NCBI GenBank assembly: GCA_964447005.1
Contig: CAYUQP010000015.1
Coordinates: forward strand, 22,484-86,483
Reading direction: 5' to 3'
Length of the DNA stretch: 64,000 nt
From: an uncultured Bacteroidales bacterium
GTDB lineage: Bacteria; Bacteroidota; Bacteroidia; Bacteroidales; JAGOPY01
In this document: piece by piece, positions 28,336 through 37,141 of the stretch
Position numbering within the stretch: the stretch's first letter is position 1
Layout of the letters: every line of letters starts with the position of its first letter
Program-made: the position numbers and the translations under genes
Notes under the pieces: generated by a model
Told to the model about the DNA's origin: nothing
Database searches by the model: none
Seen by the model: only the letters and a program-made list of their open reading frames with translations

Positions 28336-30000
28336 TTGTATTCCTTTTCAAAAAAAGAGCGATGGGCACTTGCCGGTCTCACAGTGCTGCTGCTTCCAGC
28401 GTTGCTGGTCAACCTGGGAATGGTGCCGCTTTACGTGGAGGAACCCCGGCGCGCAACCGTCGCGCTGGAAATGATGCTCCGGGGTAACTGGCTCGTTCCG
28501 ACAATAAACGGTGAATTCTACTACCTCAAACCCCCGCTGTTCAACTGGATCCTGGCGGGGATCTATTATTTCGCAGGAGGGCCGACCGAACTCCTTACCC
28601 GCATTCCGACCGTAGTATCGCTCCTGTTGCTTGGCCTGGTCATTTTCTGGTCAGGAAAAAAATACGTCAGTGCTGATTTTGGCGCCCTTTCGGCATTATT
28701 GTTTGTTACGGCGGCGGGAAACCTTTATTTCAACGCGCTGCTGGCGGAGATCGACATTTTTTACAGCCTGGTCACCTACAGCGGAATGATCCTGCTTTTT
28801 TATTTCCACCAGAAGAAGAGCTACCTGTTGCTCTTCCTGTCGGTATATTTCCTCGGCGCCATCGGGATCCTGACCAAAGGGCTCCCCAGCCTTGTATTCA
28901 CGGGATGGTCTCTGCTCGTATTCTTCCTGGTGAATAAAGATTTCAGAAAGCTGTTCACCTGGCAGCACCTGGCCGGTATCCTCATTTTTCTGGTGCTGAC
29001 CTTTGGATATTTTATCGTATACAGCCGGCATGGCGACGCCGTGAAGTACCTGATGAACCTGTCCGTCGAATCAGGGAAAAGACTGTCAGGGGATACTTTC
29101 CTGGATTACATCGGGCATTTGCTGCTCTATCCGCTGGATACCCTGATGAACCTGCTTCCCGCTTCACTGCTGCTGATCTTTGCCGCCAGGCGGTCATTCC
29201 TGAAAGATGTCCGGTCAAATACTTTTATGCGGTTTGCCCTGCTGATGCTCCTCGCGCATTTTCCCGTTTACTGGTTCCCGCCCGGCGGCCGGCAGCGCTA
29301 TATCATCATGCTCTACCCTTTCATGGTCCAGTTGTTCGTTTATTTTTACCTTATTTATTTTTATAAAGAGAAAGAAAGGTTCCGGCTATTTTCGGTACTT
29401 ATTCTCGTAGCAACCGGCCTGGGCGCTATCGGGAGCCTGGTACCGTTGCTGGTCGGGAGCATGCAAACCGTCCCCTTGCTGATCCCGGTTTGCCTGGTTT
29501 CCTTCGTGTTGATGGCCGCCCTGTTTTTCCTCCAGCTTAAAAACCCTTCATGGTCGGTCATCAATCTCCTGGCTGCTGTGATCCTTCTCAGGATCTTCTT
29601 CGGCATGACGGTGCTCCCGGTACGCGCTACCGAAGGCGTCGCACCGGCCAACAAACTGGCCGCCGCGGAGATCATCAAAACAGCCGGGAAAAGGGATGTT
29701 TGCATCCTGGACCCTACCTACCTGCCCATGCAGACCATCTTTTATTATGAAAAGGAAAAGCTTGAAATCCTGCCCCGCTGCAACACAATGCAACCAGGAA
29801 AGGTTCTTATTACGGAGAAGTTTATTCTTGCTGAATATCACTTCCGAAAAGAAACCAGTGAAATGATGATCAACCCGGTAAAGCCTGTCTCAGACCGTCT
29901 CAGCCGCGAAGACCAACGCATCATCCCCGGCAGGGATTATGAGATAATCAGTGAATTAACGCTGCAAAAAAGAAACTATCTGCTGATAACTCTAAACTAA
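28336..30000 (+). CDS. ArnT/PMT-like (GT-C) membrane glycosyltransferase
   Basis: EEPRRA, YYLKPPLFNW, LTKGLP motifs; many hydrophobic helices; TTG start. Confidence 0.85.
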   Translation: MYSFSKKERWALAGLTVLLLPALLVNLGMVPLYVEEPRRATVALEMMLRGNWLVPTINGEFYYLKPPLFNWILAGIYYFAGGPTELLTRIPTVVSLLLLGLVIFWSGKKYVSADFGALSALLFVTAAGNLYFNALLAEIDIFYSLVTYSGMILLFYFHQKKSYLLLFLSVYFLGAIGILTKGLPSLVFTGWSLLVFFLVNKDFRKLFTWQHLAGILIFLVLTFGYFIVYSRHGDAVKYLMNLSVESGKRLSGDTFLDYIGHLLLYPLDTLMNLLPASLLLIFAARRSFLKDVRSNTFMRFALLMLLAHFPVYWFPPGGRQRYIIMLYPFMVQLFVYFYLIYFYKEKERFRLFSVLILVATGLGAIGSLVPLLVGSMQTVPLLIPVCLVSFVLMAALFFLQLKNPSWSVINLLAAVILLRIFFGMTVLPVRATEGVAPANKLAAAEIIKTAGKRDVCILDPTYLPMQTIFYYEKEKLEILPRCNTMQPGKVLITEKFILAEYHFRKETSEMMINPVKPVSDRLSREDQRIIPGRDYEIISELTLQKRNYLLITLN

Positions 30001-30046
30001 TAAACTTAAAGCTTGCGGCTTGTAGCTTGCAGCTTGCAGCCAACCC

Positions 30047-31780
30047 TCACTCATCCACATCTTTCACGAACAAAACCAGCACCGCCGCGATCACCATGGA
30101 GATCCCGCCGAGGATCAGCGCGTAAACCGATTCCCCGCCGGCCATAGTCTTCACGAAGAAACCAAGGATGCTGGCCGCCAGGATCTGCGGGATCACGATG
30201 AAGAAGTTGAAGATACCCATGTAGGTCCCCATCTTGTGCTGCGGCAGCGAGCCCGTTAAAATCGCGTATGGCATGGCCAGGATGCTCGCCCACGCAAGCC
30301 CGATGCCCAGCTCTGAGATCATCAGCATGTTAGGATTGGAAATAAGGTAAAACGATGCCAGGCTGATCCCGCCGATGAGCAGGCTGATGGCATGGGTGCG
30401 TTTCCGGCCGATAACATTCGCCAGGGCAATGATCACGAAGGCCATAATAGCGGCAAATCCGTTATATACGGCCATCAGCACCCCGACCCAGTCTGCCCCC
30501 TTGTTATATTCCCTGTTCACGTGGCTGAGCCTGTCTTTCAGGCCCGCTCCAATGTGTAACACATCATTCCGCTTTTCATCGTTGAAAAACTGGACTATTT
30601 TCATCGGGATAGCCGTCTTTTTCCCCTTATCAAGCCGTTCCCCCAAACGATCAAGCTCTTTCCTGATGCCGGGCAGGTCTTCTTGCAGTTCAGCACGCTC
30701 CGCGACGGCAGGCTGCTCTATAATGTCAACCATTTGCCGGTAGGTTTCCCGGTCCAGGTTCATATCGTATTTTGTGCTGGTAACGGCCGCTGTAGTATAG
30801 ATCCACATGGCAAAGAGGGCGAACCATGAAAAGAACTGCACGACGGCCAGTTGTTTCATCGTCCCCGGCATTTTGAACAGATCATTGATAACCACCACAA
30901 AGCCATTCTGATCGTTGCCATTCCGGACTAAAATTCCGGTGATGAACTGGATGAGCCCGAAAGCCAGCAAGCCCACCGAAAGAATGTATAATTCGGCTTC
31001 AAGTTTATACCAGTAAATGAGCACGGATGCGAGCACCCCGGCGATCATCCAGTAATAGCTCCTATTCAGGAATTTTTTTGCCGGAAGGATTTCATCCCTT
31101 ACGTGGCCGTTTGGACCTTCAGCAATATCTTCACCGGCAAATTCTTTCATTTCATCCGGCGAATACTCCCTTGTCCGGAGAACAGTGTATAAAACCGCCA
31201 GGAAGAAAACCGCCGCACCAATATAAAAAGCCAACTTGACCGAAGGAGGGATCTGCCCTTCCGGTGCCGTGTTCTCGACACCAAAGAAATTGGTCATCAT
31301 ATAAGGCAATGCTGAGGCGACCACCGCCCCGATGCCGATGAAAAAGCTCTGCATCGCAAAGCCCATGGTGCGTTGCCTTGAAGGCAGCATATCCCCGACG
31401 AAAGCCCTGAACGGTTCCATGGAAATGTTGATGGAAGCGTCCATGATCCAGAGCATTCCGGCAGCGACCCAAAGGGTGGGTGAATTGGGCATGAAAAGCA
31501 GGGCCAGGGAAGCAAGGATCGCTCCGACCAGGAAATAAGGTCGCCGGCGACCCAGACGGTTCCAGGTATTGTCGCTCAAGTGCCCGATGATCGGCTGGAT
31601 GATCAGGCCCGTGACCGGCGCCGCGATCCAGAGAATGGGAATATCCTCAACCTTGGCGCCGAGCGTTTCGAAAATTCGACTGACATTGGCATTCTGAAGG
31701 GCAAAACCAAACTGTATGCCCAGGAACCCAAAACTCATGTTCCATATCTGCCAGAAAGATAACCGGGGCTTTTGTTTCAT
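30047..31780 (-). CDS. MalT-like (SLC45/GPH-type) MFS maltose transporter with a large loop insertion
   Basis: IWNMSFGFLGIQFGFALQ, LGRRRPY, NISMEPFRA, VQFFSWFALF, GIFNFFIVIPQ. Confidence 0.9.
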   Translation of the reverse strand: MKQKPRLSFWQIWNMSFGFLGIQFGFALQNANVSRIFETLGAKVEDIPILWIAAPVTGLIIQPIIGHLSDNTWNRLGRRRPYFLVGAILASLALLFMPNSPTLWVAAGMLWIMDASINISMEPFRAFVGDMLPSRQRTMGFAMQSFFIGIGAVVASALPYMMTNFFGVENTAPEGQIPPSVKLAFYIGAAVFFLAVLYTVLRTREYSPDEMKEFAGEDIAEGPNGHVRDEILPAKKFLNRSYYWMIAGVLASVLIYWYKLEAELYILSVGLLAFGLIQFITGILVRNGNDQNGFVVVINDLFKMPGTMKQLAVVQFFSWFALFAMWIYTTAAVTSTKYDMNLDRETYRQMVDIIEQPAVAERAELQEDLPGIRKELDRLGERLDKGKKTAIPMKIVQFFNDEKRNDVLHIGAGLKDRLSHVNREYNKGADWVGVLMAVYNGFAAIMAFVIIALANVIGRKRTHAISLLIGGISLASFYLISNPNMLMISELGIGLAWASILAMPYAILTGSLPQHKMGTYMGIFNFFIVIPQILAASILGFFVKTMAGGESVYALILGGISMVIAAVLVLFVKDVDE

Positions 31781-31951
31781 GTAATTTTAAATTTTAAATT
31801 TTAAATGCTGGATGCTATTTGCTCTTCGCTCTTTGCTAAATATTCAAGCAATATTAGATATTATTCTCTGATTTTCGAATATGGCACTGAAATTCCTCTG
31901 TGGATCTCCGTGCTATCTCAGTGGACCTCTGTGTAACTTATATAAATAAAT

Positions 31952-31959
31952 TATATTTG
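31952..31959 (+). promoter_or_regulatory. -7 promoter element (TATATTTG) for the Crp/Fnr gene
   Basis: Exact consensus match 22 nt upstream of the start. Confidence 0.6.
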
Positions 31960-31981
31960 TCAAAAAAATCTTCAATCCTTC

Positions 31982-32677
31982 ATGGCTAAAACCTTCAGAC
32001 AATACGACTGCAACCAGTGCAAAAAGCGGATCGAGATGTTCAGGGTGCTTCGCGAGGAGGATTTGAGTCTCCTTGAAGAAAAACGATACGAGGTTTTGTA
32101 TCACACCGGGGAGACTATCTTCAAGCAGGGGACCTCATTCACACATACGATCTGTATCCTTGAAGGTCTGGTTAAAGTATACCTGGAGTCGGAAAACCGG
32201 AAAAGATTCATTCTTTCCCTGATCGGTCCGGGAGAAATGATCGGGAGCCCCGGAATGTTTACGGATGATAAGCATCATTTTTCCGTGGTGGCAGTAGAAG
32301 ACACGCTGGCGTGTTATGTTGAAAGGCAGGTGATCGAAGAGATCATCCGAACCAACAACCTGTTTGCCATCGAAATGCTTAAAAGGTCTAATATAAGGGA
32401 TATCAACCACTTCAGAAAATTCACAAGCTTAACCCAAAAGCAGGTACCTGGCCGTGTTGCTGAAGTAATATTATACCTTTATAAATCAGTATACAAAACA
32501 AACCCCTTCATACTTTCCATTACCCGGCAGGATATGGCTGACATGGCCTCAGTGACTAAAGAAGGGACCATCCGGGTGTTGAAAGACTTTAAAGACGCAG
32601 GTCTCATTTCACTGAACGGCAATGAGATGAAAATCCTTAATGAAAAAGCGCTCTTGAGTATCTCCGAGGTCGGATGA
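31982..32677 (+). CDS. Crp/Fnr-family transcriptional regulator
   Basis: cNMP-binding-like domain, C-terminal HTH (ITRQDMADMASVTKEGTIRVLKDF), N-terminal CxxC. Confidence 0.92.
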   Translation: MAKTFRQYDCNQCKKRIEMFRVLREEDLSLLEEKRYEVLYHTGETIFKQGTSFTHTICILEGLVKVYLESENRKRFILSLIGPGEMIGSPGMFTDDKHHFSVVAVEDTLACYVERQVIEEIIRTNNLFAIEMLKRSNIRDINHFRKFTSLTQKQVPGRVAEVILYLYKSVYKTNPFILSITRQDMADMASVTKEGTIRVLKDFKDAGLISLNGNEMKILNEKALLSISEVG

Positions 32678-32807
32678 GATGCGACTGAATGAAATTTATA
32701 CTCATTCTAAATAAAAATTCAACTTTCAGATCCATCTTTTTTCTTATCTTTATCATATTGTCTTTCTGACATTTGTAGATTTGTAAATAGGACTTCTTGA
32801 TTTTATA

Positions 32808-32821
32808 TTGATTTTTATCAA
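32808..32821. promoter_or_regulatory. Perfect FNR-type box TTGAT-TTTT-ATCAA
   Basis: Exact match to TTGAT-N4-ATCAA between the regulator and the first cytochrome gene. Confidence 0.75.
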
Positions 32822-32940
32822 TATTTCTATGGTTCTTATGCAAATAATTATAACATAAATATCACCACCATTTTAAACATGACGATTAATGAATGTGAGT
32901 AATATTGCTTCGTGAATTCAAAACTTAAACAACGCGCTAT

Positions 32941-33957
32941 ATGAAAAAAATGAACTTTTTAACAATGATCTTATCAGTGGCAGTAGTTGTGTCACTGATT
33001 GTAGTTACCGCCTGCACTAAAGAAGGCCCGCAAGGCCCTCCGGGTGAAGACGGTATGGACGGCAACGCGACCTGCGGGGCCTGCCATGACAACACTGAAA
33101 CGATCGAAATTATTTCTGCCCAGTGGGGAAATTCCATCCATGCAATCGGCGGACATAATTTTGAAAACAGGACCACCTGCGCCCCCTGCCACACCAGCCA
33201 GGGATTCAAGGAAGTAGTCAATACGGATACTACAGCGACTATGGCAGCCGTCCAGAATCCGGCAAACATCAACTGCTACACCTGCCACAAGATTCACGAC
33301 ACTTACGCGAAAGCTGATTTTGAACTGAGGAAAACCACTCCTCACACTTTCTGGCTGACAAAGGAAACTGTGGACCTGGGCGCTGCAAACCTCTGTCTTG
33401 CATGTCATCAGCCCAGAACTTCCTATGTTATACCGGACGTCAATAATCCGGGAGGCATGTACAATGTTACCAACTCCCGTTTTGGTCCGCATCATGGCTC
33501 ACAGGGCTCCACGCTTACCGGAACGGCATTTTACCTTGTGGGAGGCGGATATTCCAACAGTTCACACGTTAACATTACCGATGCCTGTGTTACCTGTCAT
33601 ATGGCTGACCCTATCGGATATACAGCCGGGGGACATTCATTCAGTATGTACGATGCAGCTGAAGGCGAATACAATGTAGCAGGTTGTGCTCCATGCCATA
33701 CCGCAGATGAAGCTATTCAGCTGATCGAAGAACTGCATCCTGAAATCGAAGCTTTACTTACCGAGCTTCAAACTCTGTTAGAGGCTGCCGGAATTTACAA
33801 CCCTGTCAACGGACTGGCGAAAACCGGTGAGTATACCAACAAAGTTGCCGGCGCTTACTGGAACTATATCAGCATTGAGGAAGACAGGAGCCTTGGCGTT
33901 CATAACCCGAAATTTGTGAAAAGATTACTTGAGCAATCAATCGCTTCAATACAATAA
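32941..33957 (+). CDS. Hexaheme c-type cytochrome lipoprotein
   Basis: Lipobox VTAC; six CxxCH motifs (CGACH, CAPCH, CYTCH, CLACH, CVTCH, CAPCH); GPHH motif; helical C-terminus EDRSLGVHNP. Confidence 0.92.
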   Translation: MKKMNFLTMILSVAVVVSLIVVTACTKEGPQGPPGEDGMDGNATCGACHDNTETIEIISAQWGNSIHAIGGHNFENRTTCAPCHTSQGFKEVVNTDTTATMAAVQNPANINCYTCHKIHDTYAKADFELRKTTPHTFWLTKETVDLGAANLCLACHQPRTSYVIPDVNNPGGMYNVTNSRFGPHHGSQGSTLTGTAFYLVGGGYSNSSHVNITDACVTCHMADPIGYTAGGHSFSMYDAAEGEYNVAGCAPCHTADEAIQLIEELHPEIEALLTELQTLLEAAGIYNPVNGLAKTGEYTNKVAGAYWNYISIEEDRSLGVHNPKFVKRLLEQSIASIQ

Positions 33958-33980
33958 ACATTTAACGACATTTTAAAAAT

Positions 33981-34006
33981 AGGCTTCGTAACTGAAGCCT
34001 TTTTTT
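33981..34006 (+). terminator. Rho-independent terminator after the hexaheme gene
   Basis: AGGCTTC-gtaact-GAAGCCT followed by a T-run. Confidence 0.75.
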
Positions 34007-34007
34007 A

Positions 34008-34015
34008 TAATTTTG
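34008..34015 (+). promoter_or_regulatory. -7 promoter element (TAATTTTG) directly after the terminator
   Basis: Exact consensus match 14 nt before the ATG at 34030. Confidence 0.55.
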
Positions 34016-34029
34016 AAAAAACAAAGCCT

Positions 34030-34401
34030 ATGAAAAAGATCATACTATTAATTATCACGATGTTAAGCATCATGACCTGGCAATCCTGCCAATATGAATG
34101 GATTGACCCAATCGACACGGTTATCCCGGATGTTGTCAGTTTTGCCGGTGATATTCAGCCTATCTTCGACAGGAGTTGCAATAGCACCGGTTGCCATGCA
34201 ACCGGAGGCGTCGCTCCCGACCTGAGCCCCGCCAACGCCTATAATGATCTGATTGCCAAAAACCAGATCAACCTTGCCAATCCTGCCGGCAGCATACTCT
34301 ACACCAAATGTGCCACCGGCGGATCAATGGCTAAATTCACAAAACCAGGCGATGCCGATCTCATCCTGAAATGGATCGAACAGGGCGCTTTGAATAATTA
34401 A
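34030..34401 (+). CDS. Small monoheme cytochrome c-like lipoprotein with atypical CX4CH motif
   Basis: Lipobox WQSC; IQPIF...CNSTGCH; distal GSM; ILKWIEQGA end. Confidence 0.75.
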   Translation: MKKIILLIITMLSIMTWQSCQYEWIDPIDTVIPDVVSFAGDIQPIFDRSCNSTGCHATGGVAPDLSPANAYNDLIAKNQINLANPAGSILYTKCATGGSMAKFTKPGDADLILKWIEQGALNN

Positions 34402-34432
34402 CGGGATTTATAACGATAAAATCATTACCAGT

Positions 34433-35347
34433 ATGAAAAATATGATCATTATAGTCCTGGCTTTATTTATCAGCGCTTCCTTAAACGCACAGGACACGGA
34501 ATCAACAAAAAAAGTGAACAAGAACAAAACCCTCCTCGGGTACTTCATGGTCAACGACAGCAAACCGATGCTCACGTATGAAAGCGGGATGATCATCGAT
34601 AACCAGACCAGCTATATCCCAACAGCCAAAACCCTGGAATTCGTTATCCAGCACCGCTTTGGCAGCATGGAGAACGGGCTGTCGGATTTTTTCGGGATCT
34701 ATGGAACCGCCAACACCCGCCTTGCGTTGAATTATAGTGTTATGGACTGGCTGCAGGTCGGATTCGGAACCACTAAAAATTACAAACTCCAGGATTTCAG
34801 CCTGAAGGCCAACCTTCTGAAACAGAGCAGGGACAATAAATCGCCGGTGGATGTCACTTATTATGGAAATTTCTCCATCGACGCCCGCGACGAAACCTAT
34901 TTCGGTGAAGATTACAAATTCGGCAACCGCGTCGCTTACTTCAATGAACTGATGGTCTCCAGGAAATTCTGCGACTACTTCATCATGTCGGTCGGCGGCA
35001 GCTTTACCCACTTCAACCAGGTCGATTCTTTAATGGAACATGATAAGATCGCCCTGCATTTCGTAGGCCGGGTCAAATTCACCCAGCAGTCGTCGCTCAT
35101 CATCAATTGCGATGTGCCCTTGAAAATCGACGGGATCAAGGAATGGGGCGAATTCACAAATCCTCCGAAATATAATTTTGGATTTGGTTATGAAGTCGTT
35201 ACAGCAACCCACGTGTTCCAGATCTTCGCCGGTTCGGCAACGTACCTTGTACCTCAGTACAATGTTATGCTGAACCAGGATGATTTCTTTAAAAATATCG
35301 ATAACGTGTTCATCGGATTCAACATTTCCAGGGTCTGGAATTTCTGA
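34433..35347 (+). CDS. Outer-membrane beta-barrel protein (DUF5777-like)
   Basis: Signal peptide, FVIQHRFG and THVFQI motifs, amphipathic strands, C-terminal FNISRVWNF. Confidence 0.75.
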   Translation: MKNMIIIVLALFISASLNAQDTESTKKVNKNKTLLGYFMVNDSKPMLTYESGMIIDNQTSYIPTAKTLEFVIQHRFGSMENGLSDFFGIYGTANTRLALNYSVMDWLQVGFGTTKNYKLQDFSLKANLLKQSRDNKSPVDVTYYGNFSIDARDETYFGEDYKFGNRVAYFNELMVSRKFCDYFIMSVGGSFTHFNQVDSLMEHDKIALHFVGRVKFTQQSSLIINCDVPLKIDGIKEWGEFTNPPKYNFGFGYEVVTATHVFQIFAGSATYLVPQYNVMLNQDDFFKNIDNVFIGFNISRVWNF

Positions 35348-35386
35348 TGATATTATTCATTACCAAAATGATATGGCATTAATTTA

Positions 35387-35484
35387 ACCACAAAGGCGCA
35401 CTAAAGTTTGCACAAAGTCACACAAAGTTTGTGAATTGTATGTCTTTGTGCGCCTTTGTGACTTCCTTTGTGCGCCTTTGTGGT
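35387..35484. repeat. Palindromic element with 15-bp perfect terminal inverted repeat and CACAAAG/CTTTGTG inner repeats
   Basis: accacaaaggcgcac (35387-35401) pairs with gtgcgcctttgtggt (35470-35484). Confidence 0.85.
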
Positions 35485-35552
35485 GATCTTAAGCAAACAA
35501 AATGTTTTTCAACCAGCTAAATAAATGCTAACCTGACTATTCAATCTTAAAG

Positions 35553-36512
35553 ATGTTAAAGAACAGCATATTTATCCTATTGTTTATTTTAGCCTTCCTG
35601 CTGCCTTTGATCGGTCAGGAAGAATCCGAAATAGCCCCCATCACTTACGAAAAGAACCATGAATGCCTGAAATGCCACGGGCAAAAATATTTTTCCTACT
35701 TCAACGAATATGTCGGCAGGGATGTTAAAGAAAGAATGAATCCCATGTATATTATGGATTCGGCAACTTTCTACATGTCAAACCACCGCACCTTTATGTG
35801 CACGGATTGCCATTCCTATGAATATGGAACGAGCTTTCCCCATCCGAACCAGCTCCGTTTTGAACCCAGTTTCTCCTGTATGGATTGCCATGAAGGCAAT
35901 GACGAGTATGCCGAATTCCAGTTTGAAAAGATCAACGAGGAATTCCTTGCCAGCGTGCACTCGGAAAAGCACAGCGATGAATTCACCTGCTGGATGTGCC
36001 ATAATCCCCACACCTACCATATTACGGCACGGACCAGTGAAAACCTGCTGGAAACAATTCAGTACGATAACGAAATTTGCCTGAGCTGCCATAGCGACCA
36101 GTCAAAAATGGGCCTGCTCTCAGACAGGCACATTTATGATATGCTCAATCAACATGAATGGCTGCCCAACCAGAAACTGCATTTCAACAAAGTCAGGTGT
36201 ATAGAGTGTCACGCGCGTATCAGTGACACGTTAATGGTAGCACATAATATTCAGCCCAAAGAGCAGGCCGTAAAGCTTTGCGTGGAATGTCATTCCCAGA
36301 ACTCTATCCTGATGGCCTCCCTGTTCAAGCATATTAAGCAGGAAACCCAGGAAAAACAGGGCTTCCTCAACGCGGCCATCCTTAGCCAGGGTTACGTGAT
36401 CGGCGCCAACCGGAACACCTACCTGAACATCGGCAGCCTGGTGATCTTCGGCCTGGTAATACTCGGCATAGCAACTCACGCAATTCTCAGATACATCTAC
36501 CCAAAAAATTAA
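35553..36512 (+). CDS. Heptaheme c-type cytochrome with signal peptide and C-terminal His-containing TM helix (CbcL c-domain-like)
   Basis: Seven CxxCH motifs (CLKCH, CTDCH, CMDCH, CWMCH, CLSCH, CIECH, CVECH); TM helix LVIFGLVILGIATHAILRY. Confidence 0.9.
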   Translation: MLKNSIFILLFILAFLLPLIGQEESEIAPITYEKNHECLKCHGQKYFSYFNEYVGRDVKERMNPMYIMDSATFYMSNHRTFMCTDCHSYEYGTSFPHPNQLRFEPSFSCMDCHEGNDEYAEFQFEKINEEFLASVHSEKHSDEFTCWMCHNPHTYHITARTSENLLETIQYDNEICLSCHSDQSKMGLLSDRHIYDMLNQHEWLPNQKLHFNKVRCIECHARISDTLMVAHNIQPKEQAVKLCVECHSQNSILMASLFKHIKQETQEKQGFLNAAILSQGYVIGANRNTYLNIGSLVIFGLVILGIATHAILRYIYPKN

Positions 36513-36516
36513 CACT

Positions 36517-37137
36517 ATGTCATCCGTTTATTTATATCCTGTCTGGGTTCGATTATGGCACCTCATCAATGCCATCCTGTTCCTTATTTTAATCATAACC
36601 GGCCTCAGCCTTCAATATTCAAGCAAAGAATACACGCTTCTACGTTTCGACCTGGCGGTAACACTCCATAATATCTCCGGTATCCTGCTCACAATTAATT
36701 ATCTTGTGATCTTTTTCGGTAACCTCTTTACAAAAAATGGTTTTTACTACCGGATGAGAAGGCGCTGGCTTATGAAAGAAATTCCATTACAGACACGATA
36801 CTACCTGTTCGGGATCTTCCGTGGCGAAAAAGCCCCATTCCCCATTAACAGCCGGCGCAAGTTCAACCCGCTGCAGAAAATTGCGTATTTCTCGGTCCTT
36901 TATTTCCTGATGCCGTTGATATTCATCACCGGATGGGCCCTCATTTTCCCTAACGTGCTCTTCGTGGATAAGATCTTCGGTACCAGCAGCCTGCATTTCA
37001 CCGACCTGGTACATATCATCGTTGGTTTTATACTTTCCCTCTTCATGTTCGTGCATATTTACCTATGCACCATCGGCAAGCCCCCGGGCTCGCATTTTAA
37101 AGCAATGTTAAGCGGTTGGCATCATTCAGACCATTAA
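36517..37137 (+). CDS. Di-heme cytochrome b (HydC/FdnI/PhsC-like)
   Basis: Four TM helices; VRLWH, TLHNISG, KFNPLQK, LVH...FVHIYL. Confidence 0.9.
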   Translation: MSSVYLYPVWVRLWHLINAILFLILIITGLSLQYSSKEYTLLRFDLAVTLHNISGILLTINYLVIFFGNLFTKNGFYYRMRRRWLMKEIPLQTRYYLFGIFRGEKAPFPINSRRKFNPLQKIAYFSVLYFLMPLIFITGWALIFPNVLFVDKIFGTSSLHFTDLVHIIVGFILSLFMFVHIYLCTIGKPPGSHFKAMLSGWHHSDH

Positions 37138-37141
37138 AGCC

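Noticed and set aside
28336-30000. ArnT-like transferase as part of the starch pathway
   Set aside because: GT-C enzymes modify envelope lipids or proteins; there is no motif link to alpha-glucans and adjacency alone is not enough
31882-31897. Sigma-54 promoter TGGCAC-N5-TTCC before the Crp/Fnr gene
   Set aside because: The essential -12 GC is missing, and an exact TAnnTTTG is present instead
33025-33065. Collagen domain in the hexaheme protein
   Set aside because: Only about four Gly-X-Y triplets, too short for a triple helix; treated as a linker
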